Of a stretch of DNA of 64,000 nucleotides, positions 56,098-64,000 are shown piece after piece; position 1 is the stretch's first letter, and each line of letters starts with the position of its first letter. The position numbers and the translations under genes were made by a program. The stretch comes from Candidatus Levyibacteriota bacterium. GTDB taxonomy: Bacteria; Patescibacteriota; Microgenomatia; Levybacterales; UBA12049. The stretch spans positions 451,488 through 515,487 of the forward strand of contig JACOXT010000003.1 in the NCBI GenBank assembly GCA_016182235.1, written 5' to 3'. A model generated the notes under the pieces. The model did no database searches. It had not been told where the DNA came from and saw only the letters and a list, made by a program, of their open reading frames with translations.

Positions 56098-57167
56098 ATA
56101 GGAGATTTTATTTTGATATTGACTGGGCACTAATTACTCCCATAATGGTTCTAGCTACGTTAAGTCTGGTTACACTTTTTTCTATTAATATAGAGTTATT
56201 CAAAAACCAACTTCTTTTTTTAATTATAGGAATAATAGCTTTTTTATTTTTTTCTAAAGTAAATTACAGCATAATTAAGTTATACTCATTCCCAATCTAT
56301 ATTGCTTCGGTCGTGTCTTTTGTCCTGGTGCTATTTATCGGCATCGAGAGTCGCGGATCTTCAAGGTGGTTTGAGATTTTAGGTTTTAGATTTCAATTTT
56401 CTGAAATATTCAAGCCTTTTCTTGCGATTTCGTTATCTTCCTACCTTGGATCAAAAGAGAGTTATTCTTTAAAAACATTTTTTATTGTATTTTGTTTGTT
56501 GGTGCCTTTAGCTTTTTTAATTTTTATGCAGCCAGATTTGGGTAACGCTTTAATATATGGCATGGTGGTAGTATTGACACTTTTGGCATATGGATTTCCA
56601 AAACGTTTCTTCTTGGGGCTCCTTGTGTTAGGCTTTTTAGCATTTCCAGTAGTTTTTAGATTTTTGCATGACTATCAGAGAGAGCGCATCTTAACTTTTT
56701 TGAATCCGTCGGATCCTCTAGGGCTTTCTTACAATATTATCCAGTCAGTGATATCTGTGGGATCTGGGATGTTATTTGGCCGCGGACTGGGCTTAGGTAC
56801 CCAATCCAGTCTTAGATTTTTACCCGAGTTACATACTGATTTTATTTTCGCAACCATTTCCGAGCAATTGGGCTTTGTTGGAGCAATTACTATAGTTTTA
56901 GCGTTTTTTGTATTACTCTATAGAATTTTGAAAATCATTTCTCATCAGGAAGAAATCTTTAGTAAAATATTTTCTATTGCTGCGTTCTTTTTGATATTTA
57001 TTCAGTTCTTTGTAAATATTGGGATGAATATTGGCATGCTCCCAATCGTTGGAATAACTCTTCCTTTTGTTTCTTATGGAGGAAGTTCACTTCTGTCCAG
57101 TTTTATTTTGATCGGACTTATTTCCGCAATTAACAAGAAAACATCCCAAGTGTTGGAAATAAGATAG
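56094..57167 (+). CDS. rodA: SEDS-family protein RodA (second SEDS paralogue)
   Basis: SEDS motifs (QPDLGNALIY, LPELHTDFIFA, LPFVSYGGSS). Lies outside the dcw cluster. Confidence 0.8.
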   Translation: MNRRFYFDIDWALITPIMVLATLSLVTLFSINIELFKNQLLFLIIGIIAFLFFSKVNYSIIKLYSFPIYIASVVSFVLVLFIGIESRGSSRWFEILGFRFQFSEIFKPFLAISLSSYLGSKESYSLKTFFIVFCLLVPLAFLIFMQPDLGNALIYGMVVVLTLLAYGFPKRFFLGLLVLGFLAFPVVFRFLHDYQRERILTFLNPSDPLGLSYNIIQSVISVGSGMLFGRGLGLGTQSSLRFLPELHTDFIFATISEQLGFVGAITIVLAFFVLLYRILKIISHQEEIFSKIFSIAAFFLIFIQFFVNIGMNIGMLPIVGITLPFVSYGGSSLLSSFILIGLISAINKKTSQVLEIR

Positions 57168-57192
57168 AAACTTTGTTATAATACTTCAAAAG

Positions 57193-57510
57193 ATGGAATA
57201 CGTAGTTTTAAAATTAGGTGGCAGGCAGTATAGGGTTTCAAAGGGAGACATACTAGAAATAGATAAAATGGAAGGCAAAAAAGGTCAAGAATTTACTTTA
57301 TCTAATGCATTACTTTTTGTGTCAAATGGCAAGGTTCATGTTGGTAAACCAGCCCTTTCCAATGTAAAAGTAAAGGCTAAGATTTTGGATCAAAAAAAAG
57401 GAGAGAAAATTCGAGTCGCTAAGTTTAAGGCCAAGGTAAGATATAGAAGAGTCATGGGATTCAGACCGTCATTAACTCAATTACAAATCGTTGACATTAA
57501 AGAAGGCTAA
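57193..57510 (+). CDS. rplU: 50S ribosomal protein L21
   Basis: MEYVVLKLGGRQYRVSKGD. 105 aa. Confidence 0.95.
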   Translation: MEYVVLKLGGRQYRVSKGDILEIDKMEGKKGQEFTLSNALLFVSNGKVHVGKPALSNVKVKAKILDQKKGEKIRVAKFKAKVRYRRVMGFRPSLTQLQIVDIKEG

Positions 57511-57541
57511 GCCTCATTTAATCTGATATATTTTGATATTC

Positions 57542-57570
57542 TTGACATCCGTGAAAAATTAACGTAATAT
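57542..57570 (+). promoter_or_regulatory. sigma70-like promoter upstream of rpmA (TTGACA, 17-nt spacer, TAATAT)
   Basis: cTTGACAtccgtgaaaaattaacgTAATAT is followed by an AT-rich leader containing AACTAACT direct repeats and no Shine-Dalgarno sequence. Confidence 0.5.
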
Positions 57571-57629
57571 AGGGTAGATTTTCACAGTTCCAATAACTAA
57601 CTATCCAACTAACTAATTAACTATCTAAT

Positions 57630-57878
57630 ATGGCACATACCAAAGCGCAGGGGTCAGTTAAGGGAAATAGAGATTCAAGATCAAAAAGATTGGGCGTTAA
57701 AATATATAGCGGCCAGAAAATTTTTAAAGGCAATATTATCGTAAGACAGAGGGGGACAAAGCTCTTTGCGGGAAGTGGTGTGTCTATGGGAAAAGACCAT
57801 ACTCTATTTGCGATTAGAGACGGTACGGTAGATTTTAAGAGATTAAAAAGTAAAAGAATTGCCCAGATTATCAATTAA
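57630..57878 (+). CDS. rpmA: 50S ribosomal protein L27
   Basis: [24 protein letters not shown]. Confidence 0.95.
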   Translation: MAHTKAQGSVKGNRDSRSKRLGVKIYSGQKIFKGNIIVRQRGTKLFAGSGVSMGKDHTLFAIRDGTVDFKRLKSKRIAQIIN

Positions 57879-57896
57879 AATTAAAGCCATAAGTAT

Positions 57897-58724
57897 ATGG
57901 ATAATGTAAACTTAGATGAAAAAGTATACGAACTAGAAATAGATATGCTTCAATCTAATCCTCTGCAACCTCGGGGCATAATTTCTCCCTCTTCATTAAA
58001 TGAACTTATAGATTCAATAAGAGAGCAGGGAATTCTTGAGCCATTGGTTGTCGCAAAAACGCCGGCTGGATATCAGATTATTGCGGGAGAAAGACGTTGG
58101 AGAGCTGCCAAAATCCTCGGACACTCAAAGGTTCCAGTTGTTGTTAGAGAAACTACTCCCCAGGGAATGCTTGAAATGTCTATTGTCGAGAATGTACAGC
58201 GAGAGGATTTAAATCCGATTGAAAGAGCCCAAGCCTACAAAAGATTAATTGATGAGTTCGGATTAGGGACAAATGAAGTAGCAAAAAAAGTCGGAAAAAG
58301 TGCTCCTGCAGTATCTAATACCATAAGGCTTTTGTCTCTTCCGGATGCAATTAAAGATGCACTTGTTGCAGGTGTTATCACTGAAGGGCACGTTCGTCCT
58401 TTAATTACGCTAGGGGACACTAATTTGATGCTTGAGCTGTTCAAAAGGATACTACGCGAGAACAGTACGGTTCGTCAAACGGAAGAACAGGCGCGCAAAT
58501 TAAAAGGTGAAATTCAGAAAAGGGAACCAAGAACGGCTATTGATAGACTATGGGTTCCTGAAATGGATGAGATGGCAAAAAGAATTCAAGACCTTTTTGG
58601 ACTTACAAAAGTATCAATCTTTCAGTCAAGCAAAAAAGGGAGATTTGTAATAGAAAAAGATGGAGATGTGGAAGTAACCGGACCTTTAATAAAAAAGATA
58701 AGCGAAAAACTTTTGGTTCAATAA
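57897..58724 (+). CDS. parB: chromosome partitioning protein ParB/Spo0J
   Basis: ParB box GERRWRAAKILG and the HTH region. Confidence 0.85.
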   Translation: MDNVNLDEKVYELEIDMLQSNPLQPRGIISPSSLNELIDSIREQGILEPLVVAKTPAGYQIIAGERRWRAAKILGHSKVPVVVRETTPQGMLEMSIVENVQREDLNPIERAQAYKRLIDEFGLGTNEVAKKVGKSAPAVSNTIRLLSLPDAIKDALVAGVITEGHVRPLITLGDTNLMLELFKRILRENSTVRQTEEQARKLKGEIQKREPRTAIDRLWVPEMDEMAKRIQDLFGLTKVSIFQSSKKGRFVIEKDGDVEVTGPLIKKISEKLLVQ

Positions 58725-58726
58725 TA

Positions 58727-59296
58727 TCACTCAGAGTAAGGATTTTTTATTGCTCCAATCTTATCTGGCGGCCAATAGACAAAGAATGCTTCTCCAACTA
58801 TTGAATTAAAAGGGACGAAACCCCACTCTCTTGAATCTGAGCTTTCAAGCCTATTATCGCCCATTACAAAATACTCGTTTTCGGGAACCGTTATGGTCTT
58901 TCCTTCTTGAATAAAGGACCCTCCGGGAGTTACAATAGAGCTCTTTAGGTATTTCTTCTCATTGAGTTCTTTTTCATTTAGATATACTTTCCCAGATTCT
59001 AATAATATCTTATCTCCAGGTACTCCTATTACGCGCTTTATGTAATCTCTCTCAGGGTCTGGTGGAGCTCTGAATATGACTACATCCCCAAACTTTGGTT
59101 CCTTAAACCTCATAGTAATTATATTTGTTAATATGTATTCTTTGTGGAAAAAATTTGGATACATAGAGTCTCCGTTAACTTGAAATGGGCGAAATAAAAA
59201 GATGTAAATAACTATGAATATTGCAAATACCAAAAGAAGGGTCTGGATTATATCTAAGAAAAAAAAGTAAATTTTCCGGATAATGTCCAAAATCAT
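58727..59296 (-). CDS. lepB: signal peptidase I
   Basis: N-terminal TM helix, catalytic Ser motif NGDSMYPN, Lys box KRVIGVPGD and C-terminal GDNRLES. Confidence 0.9.
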   Translation of the reverse strand: MILDIIRKIYFFFLDIIQTLLLVFAIFIVIYIFLFRPFQVNGDSMYPNFFHKEYILTNIITMRFKEPKFGDVVIFRAPPDPERDYIKRVIGVPGDKILLESGKVYLNEKELNEKKYLKSSIVTPGGSFIQEGKTITVPENEYFVMGDNRLESSDSREWGFVPFNSIVGEAFFVYWPPDKIGAIKNPYSE

Positions 59297-59329
59297 ACGA
59301 TCTTTACATTGTCCTCAATTTAATCCACT

Positions 59330-59358
59330 TTGTCAATGCGAGAGAAAAGATGTAAAAT
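59330..59358 (+). promoter_or_regulatory. candidate promoter for tRNA-Val (TTGTCA, 17-nt spacer, TAAAAT)
   Basis: TTGTCAatgcgagagaaaagatgTAAAAT ends about 35 nt upstream of the tRNA 5-prime end. Confidence 0.35.
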
Positions 59359-59393
59359 AAGGATGTCGTGGTAGACATACCCACTTGCCATAT

Positions 59394-59465
59394 GAGTCCG
59401 TAGCTCAGCGGTAGAGCGTTGCATTCACATTGCAAATGTCGGAGGTTCAAATCCTCCCGGGCTCA
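59394..59465 (+). tRNA. tRNA-Val (anticodon CAC)
   Basis: Manual cloverleaf. 7-bp acceptor stem (GAGTCCG/CGGGCTC with one G-U), D arm GCTC-AGCGGTA-GAGC, anticodon arm TTGCA-TTCACAT-TGCAA, T arm GGAGG-TTCAAAT-CCTCC. A73 discriminator, and no encoded CCA. Confidence 0.85.
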
Positions 59466-59569
59466 CTAGAAAATGGCTGTTAATATCAGGAGTGGATTTT
59501 ACTTTTGTATAAACAAATACACCTGCCTGTATTTTAGAAGTGCTTTGCTCGATTATTTTTTTAAGTTCA

Positions 59570-60595
59570 TCATTCATAATCCTTGCAAGATGGAATTACA
59601 CCTTTATAACCTTGTTCAAACTTTATAGTTTCCGCTGATAAACAAGCATTATAAATACTTTCTTGAACTGCTTTAGCGGCGGCATTACCTACTACATCAA
59701 CGCTAAATAGTGGCCAGCCGGGGGTTTCCCAGCTTTTACCATTTTTGTTAAGGAGATTCTTATTTTCTTCTGTAGAAAAGACAAAAACAGTGTCGCCATC
59801 AACTGATGTGTGGACAGGATTGATAGCTCTTATTTGGCCATGCGTAGCCATGTGAGCAACTCTTTCATAGTTTTCTCTAGTTTTTAGGTCTATATTCATT
59901 CCAACAATATTAATGGTGGTATTTGTTTTCGATGTTACAAATTCTGAAGTTTCGTCAAACACCTTAAACTTTTTCTTTTCGTCTCTATTTCCTGCAAGTA
60001 TTGTGCCGTCTTCTTTAACAACGTTTCCTAAAGCATTGACTACCGATAAAGCACAAATCATTGATCCACCACCTAAATCAATGCGGGCAGAACCTACGCC
60101 CGATTTCATTCCGCCATTCTTTTTTCCCATTTCCAAGTATTGAAACTTACCAACTGCTGTTCCGGTTCCTGCTCCTACATTTCCATTGGCTACTGGATCG
60201 ACTGATAAATTTTCAAATGCTTCTCTTCCGAATTTAGGGTCAAAATTTTGGCCAAGATCTACACCTAAATCAAACACGATAGCTCCTCTTATGACTGGAT
60301 TGATAATTTTTCCATCAGGAGAACCTATTTTATTTTCGATCATAGCCTGCATAATTTCAGATGCAGACATTAACCCTGTCAAACTTCCGCCAGCAATAAA
60401 TATTCCGTTGCTTCGGTAAAAACTCATTCCACTTTTAAGAATCTCTGTATTAAATGTTCCTGGAGCGCCTCCGTACGATTTATAAGCGGTGGGGTACCAA
60501 TCGTCGAACATAACAAGCGTGCAGCCGGTGAGTTTGTCTAAATGAGTAGAGTGTCCAACCTTTACACCTTTTAGTGCTGTAAGAGTTTTATTCAT
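59570..60595 (-). CDS. DmpA/ArgJ-fold (peptidase S58) family aminopeptidase/amidase
   Basis: 341 aa with a Gly-rich core (GAGTGTAVGKF) and GGS motifs typical of DmpA-family Ntn hydrolases. Confidence 0.6.
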   Translation of the reverse strand: MNKTLTALKGVKVGHSTHLDKLTGCTLVMFDDWYPTAYKSYGGAPGTFNTEILKSGMSFYRSNGIFIAGGSLTGLMSASEIMQAMIENKIGSPDGKIINPVIRGAIVFDLGVDLGQNFDPKFGREAFENLSVDPVANGNVGAGTGTAVGKFQYLEMGKKNGGMKSGVGSARIDLGGGSMICALSVVNALGNVVKEDGTILAGNRDEKKKFKVFDETSEFVTSKTNTTINIVGMNIDLKTRENYERVAHMATHGQIRAINPVHTSVDGDTVFVFSTEENKNLLNKNGKSWETPGWPLFSVDVVGNAAAKAVQESIYNACLSAETIKFEQGYKGVIPSCKDYE

Positions 60596-60651
60596 ATCTT
60601 CTAAGTTCGATTATATAACAAAAGCTGAGAGAAAGTTTATCGAAACGTACA

Positions 60652-60693
60652 TGGGGACCATTTTGGGGACCATTTTGGGGATGGTCCTCAGAG
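60652..60693. repeat. GGGGACCATTTT x2 + GGGGATGGTCCTCAGAG motif (copy 3 of 3), 57 nt upstream of the minus-strand DmpA-family gene
   Basis: tggggaccattttggggaccattttggggatggtcctcagag. GGACCAT and ATGGTCC can pair as a 7-bp hairpin. Confidence 0.6.
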
Positions 60694-60898
60694 CGATTGA
60701 TTTAACAATCCAGACTAATCATAGATTTGAGATATAACTCCACTTTGATAAAATTAGCCGATTGGAATAATTGTCAACAATTTGGCTTTGATTTTATGAA
60801 TAATATTAAATGTTTTGAAACATTTAATCTAATTCATAATTTCTCATATTTTATTTTATTGAATAGCATGGTAGAATCTAAGGCGTTGAAAATTAACA

Positions 60899-61957
60899 AT
60901 GAATGTTTTATTTTTATCTCGCTTATTTTATCCCCATATTGGAGGTGTCGAGAAGCACGTTTTGGAAATAAGTAAGATTTTGGTTGAAAAAGGACACAAA
61001 ATAACAATTATTACAGAACAATACTCAAGAGACCTTCCGAAAGAAGAAGATTTTAACGGAATTAGAGTATTAAGAATATTTACAGGACAAGACGATTGGT
61101 TTAAGAAATTTAGAATCTGGAAAGAATTGTTTAAATTAAAAAAACTAATCAGAAATGCTAGCATAGTCCATTGTCACGATGTGTTTTTTTGGTACTTCCC
61201 ATTTCTTTTTTTATACCCCAAGAAAAAAGTATATGTGACATTTCATGGGTATGAAGATTACCCGATTCCCAAAAAGGCGGTATTGGTAAGAAGACTCTCT
61301 GAAAAATTATCTAAGGGAAATATATGTATTGGAGACTTTATGAAAAAATGGTATGGAACAGAACCAACATTTGTGACATACGGAGGGGTTGACAAATATC
61401 AAATATCAAACATTAAATATCAAAAAGATGAGAGATTAAAAGATCCAAATTCTGCAGTCTTTGTTGGCAGATTGGATGAGCAGACAGGAATAAAAACTTA
61501 TTTGAAAGCTTTTAAGATGATAAAGAAGAAAATTAAAAATTTTAAATTATTGGTGGTAGGAGACGGTAAATTCAAAAAACATATTGTTAAAAATGTTCGA
61601 GGAGTAGGTTTTCAGTTGAACCCAGAAAAATATATTAGAGAATACCGATTTGCATTTGTTTCTCGCTATCTATCAATTCTTGAAGCCTTTGTCTCAAAAA
61701 GACTAGTCTTTGCCGTTTACGATAACCCTTTGAAGGAAGATTATCTTAAAATGTCTCCATTTGCGAAATATATAATTGTTGCCAGAAATTCAAAAAAACT
61801 TTCGGACGCAGTTTTTTACTTTTTAAACAATCCGAATGAAGAGAAAAAAATGCTAAACAAAGCGTATAATTGGGTTAATAAGCAGACATGGGAAAAAGTG
61901 ACAGACACATATTTGAATCTTTGGGGTTTCAAGACAGAAAATATAATTTTTCCTTGA
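60899..61957 (+). CDS. GT4-like glycosyltransferase
   Basis: N-terminus MNVLFLSRLFYPHIGGVEKHVLEISKIL has the GT4 N-domain pattern. Carries the AAATATC heptamer tract at 61394-61421. Confidence 0.6.
   Translation: MNVLFLSRLFYPHIGGVEKHVLEISKILVEKGHKITIITEQYSRDLPKEEDFNGIRVLRIFTGQDDWFKKFRIWKELFKLKKLIRNASIVHCHDVFFWYFPFLFLYPKKKVYVTFHGYEDYPIPKKAVLVRRLSEKLSKGNICIGDFMKKWYGTEPTFVTYGGVDKYQISNIKYQKDERLKDPNSAVFVGRLDEQTGIKTYLKAFKMIKKKIKNFKLLVVGDGKFKKHIVKNVRGVGFQLNPEKYIREYRFAFVSRYLSILEAFVSKRLVFAVYDNPLKEDYLKMSPFAKYIIVARNSKKLSDAVFYFLNNPNEEKKMLNKAYNWVNKQTWEKVTDTYLNLWGFKTENIIFP
61394..61421. repeat. (AAATATC) heptamer tandem tract inside GT4-like CDS (encodes KYQISNIKYQ)
   Basis: aaatatcaaatatcaaacattaaatatc. 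Confidence 0.7.
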
Positions 61958-61982
61958 TAATATTGACTTTTATAGATATAGA

Positions 61983-62777
61983 ATGAGAGTAAAAACTGAA
62001 GAATATTTTAGGAGATATTTGAGAATTTCTCCGCTTTGTGTTGCTCTTTGGAGATCTGTTGAGGCAAAACATTTATCAAAAGTTAAGCTAAATCGCCCGA
62101 TTCTTGATATTGGCTGTGGATGGGGAGAGTTTGCAGAGGCGTTTGGAAAGAAAATTGATATGGGTATCGACATCGCGCCACGCGACCTATATGTTGCTTC
62201 AAAAGGAAAAATGTATAAAAATTTAACTCTTGCTGATGCACGAGCTTTGCCGTTTGCAGACGAAAGCTTCGGATCTATAATCTCCATAAGTACATTTGAA
62301 CATATTCCAAACGAAAAAAAACTTTTAAAAGAAATGTATAGAGTACTAAAGCCCAATGGAGTTATTGCTATAACAATGGAAACAGAAGATGTGGATAAAA
62401 ATACTTTCTATAGGCCAATGTTGCGAAAGATTGGCCTTTCATTTTTAAGTGATTTTTTGACATGGGCATATAATACAAAGTTCCATAGACATAATTTGCC
62501 TTCGAAAGAAAAATGGTTAAGCGACTTTAAAAAGACAGGCTTTCAAATAGTTCAGGCCCGCGATATAATCTCTCCAACAATTACAAAACTTTATGATTTT
62601 TTTATTCTCACAGCCTGGCCGGCTCAACTTTTCCGTCCGTTTATTGGAAAAAGGAAAGTATTTAGGCCAAGATTTACAGAAGATTTACTTGTGAAAATAT
62701 TCTTGAGATACGTTGAGGAAGATGAAAAAATAGGGACCAATTTATTTATTGTGGCAAAAAAACCTTCAAGTGCTTAA
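61983..62777 (+). CDS. class I SAM-dependent methyltransferase
   Basis: Motif I ILDIGCGWGEF and VLKPNGVIAI. Confidence 0.75.
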   Translation: MRVKTEEYFRRYLRISPLCVALWRSVEAKHLSKVKLNRPILDIGCGWGEFAEAFGKKIDMGIDIAPRDLYVASKGKMYKNLTLADARALPFADESFGSIISISTFEHIPNEKKLLKEMYRVLKPNGVIAITMETEDVDKNTFYRPMLRKIGLSFLSDFLTWAYNTKFHRHNLPSKEKWLSDFKKTGFQIVQARDIISPTITKLYDFFILTAWPAQLFRPFIGKRKVFRPRFTEDLLVKIFLRYVEEDEKIGTNLFIVAKKPSSA

Positions 62778-63610
62778 GACCATTTTCTTCCTTCCAGGAG
62801 AGTTTGTTTTACGAAAAGGTAAATTTCCATAAGTCCTTTTTTAATATTTCCTCTATATAATATAAAAAGTGTAACAGGATTGACCTCAATTGTTACTGAT
62901 CCTTTCCACTTTTTCTTATTTAACCATAAAAGCTGCTCTTCAGCGAGTGAATTTTCATGTTTAGTTATTTTCTTTAATCCATTTATTCCAATAAAAGTTA
63001 GCTGAATACATTTGATTTTTTTAACCCCTATCCAATTCCAAAATTTCTGCCAACTATTAAATCCGTAGTTTTTTGCCCACCTTAATGATTGATCATCCCG
63101 ACAGTCAACGACAACATTATGAGTCTCATCTTTCATCCAAATTTTTAATTTTTTAGGATTTATAGAGGTACCAATTATTTCATATAAAATTCCTCCAGGG
63201 AATTCTTTTCCTTGATTGTCTTTTGTCCAATTGTCTGAAATGTCATGCACCGTAACGGGAATATTTAAGTTTTGGGTTAATAATTCAATAAGGTTATTCG
63301 ATTCTCTGACTTTTGGGAAAAGCAAAAATCGAAGCATTATAAAAAACAAAGATGAAATAAAGCCTATCCCATACTCTTCGTCGTGTCCTACATCAAGACG
63401 CCAACTTTGATGCACGTTCTTTACATAACTCATCTCTACGTCATTTCTAAAAGCATTTTGCCTGTATGACTTGAGCAGTTCAGAAGTGATGCGTTTAAAC
63501 GGAACGAGTTCTATTCCATCAAGGCCAGTTTCTTTTGCTAACTTTATGGATTGTTTTGTGTTTAACCAGGGAATACTTCCTCCGGATAGATAAATATTAC
63601 ATTTATTCAT
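62774..63610 (-). CDS. hypothetical protein (possible TIM-barrel sugar-phosphate isomerase/epimerase-like)
   Basis: 278-aa ORF. GLDGIEL resembles the xylose-isomerase-like TIM-barrel motif. The assignment is weak. Confidence 0.3.
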   Translation of the reverse strand: MNKCNIYLSGGSIPWLNTKQSIKLAKETGLDGIELVPFKRITSELLKSYRQNAFRNDVEMSYVKNVHQSWRLDVGHDEEYGIGFISSLFFIMLRFLLFPKVRESNNLIELLTQNLNIPVTVHDISDNWTKDNQGKEFPGGILYEIIGTSINPKKLKIWMKDETHNVVVDCRDDQSLRWAKNYGFNSWQKFWNWIGVKKIKCIQLTFIGINGLKKITKHENSLAEEQLLWLNKKKWKGSVTIEVNPVTLFILYRGNIKKGLMEIYLFVKQTLLEGRKWS

Positions 63611-63662
63611 AGTACGGTATTTATTGAATATTTGATATTATTATGATATCTTCATTGAATAT

Positions 63663-64000
63663 ATGAAGAGTATACCAGTATCAGGACCATTGTTCTCTGG
63701 AAATGAAATTAAATATGTCACCGATTGCATTACAACATCGTGGGTTTCAACAGGAAAATATATAACAAAATTCGAAAAAAAATTTGCGCGATTTTGTAAT
63801 TCATCGTATGCTCTTACGACTTCAAGCGGAACATCATCTCTCCATCTTACGCTTCTTGCATTAGGTATTAAACCAGGAGATGAAGTTATGATCCCTGACT
63901 TAACTTATGTTTCTACAGCAAATGCAATAAAGTACGTTGGGGCTACGCCCGTTTTTGTTGAGGTAGATAAAGACATATGGTCAATTGATCCTGAGGAGCT
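63663..64000 (+). CDS. DegT/DnrJ/EryC1/StrS-family PLP-dependent sugar aminotransferase; 3-prime end outside window
   Basis: Hand-translated from ATG 63663: MKSIPVSGPLFSGNEIKYVTDCITTSWVSTGKYITKFEKKFA...TSSGTSSLHLTLLALGIKPGDEVMIPDLTY matches the family N-terminus. Missing from the ORF track because it is truncated. Confidence 0.8.
   Translation, partial: MKSIPVSGPLFSGNEIKYVTDCITTSWVSTGKYITKFEKKFARFCNSSYALTTSSGTSSLHLTLLALGIKPGDEVMIPDLTYVSTANAIKYVGATPVFVEVDKDIWSIDPEE

Noticed and set aside
1-64000. rRNA genes, transposases, integrases, Cas genes and toxin-antitoxin pairs
   Set aside because: No sequence with these signatures was found by eye. The only tRNA is tRNA-Val at 59394-59465.

Overview
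This is a low-GC (about one-third GC), gene-dense bacterial chromosomal segment. It has short intergenic gaps, several GTG starts and mostly no clear Shine-Dalgarno sequences, which by inference fits a Patescibacteria/CPR-like genome. The content, in order, is: (i) a surface-glycan/glycosylation locus at 1-15.9 kb. It holds about ten GT2/GT4 glycosyltransferases, two GT39/ArnT-like membrane glycosyltransferases, a 1044-aa polytopic membrane protein, a mannose-1-P guanylyltransferase and a polyprenyl-P sugar phosphotransferase. (ii) recO and glyQS. (iii) A division/cell-wall (dcw) cluster: mraZ-rsmH-ftsL-ftsI ... murE-murC-murA-glmU-like-HAD-glmS ... zincin-mraY-ftsW-murG-ftsQ-ftsA-ftsZ. This cluster is split by two inserted blocks. 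The first is a 1066-aa SF2 helicase fused to eight tandem winged-HTH-like repeats plus a GC-rich DUF457 gene. The second is a GC-rich defense island: HExxH/zinc-ribbon protein, MmeI-like type IIG restriction-modification enzyme and a SIR2_2-like protein. (iv) Frameshifted cysS, ileS, rodA, rplU, rpmA, parB, lepB, tRNA-Val(CAC), a DmpA-family peptidase and further sugar-modification genes. The most unusual signal is a family of short, frame-preserving insertions inside essential and glycosyltransferase genes (MurE, MurG, IleRS, GT2/GT4). These are GC-rich about 21-bp palindromes flanked by duplicated heptamers (GAAATTC/GAAGTTC, or a perfect 9-bp direct repeat). There are also related AT-rich about 55-70-bp elements and pure heptamer/hexamer tandem tracts. 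All are in-frame and stop-free. Further repeated intergenic motifs include a TTTGGGGAYGGTCCT box and a conserved hairpin leader element. A four-repeat MraZ operator with 10-bp periodicity is present.
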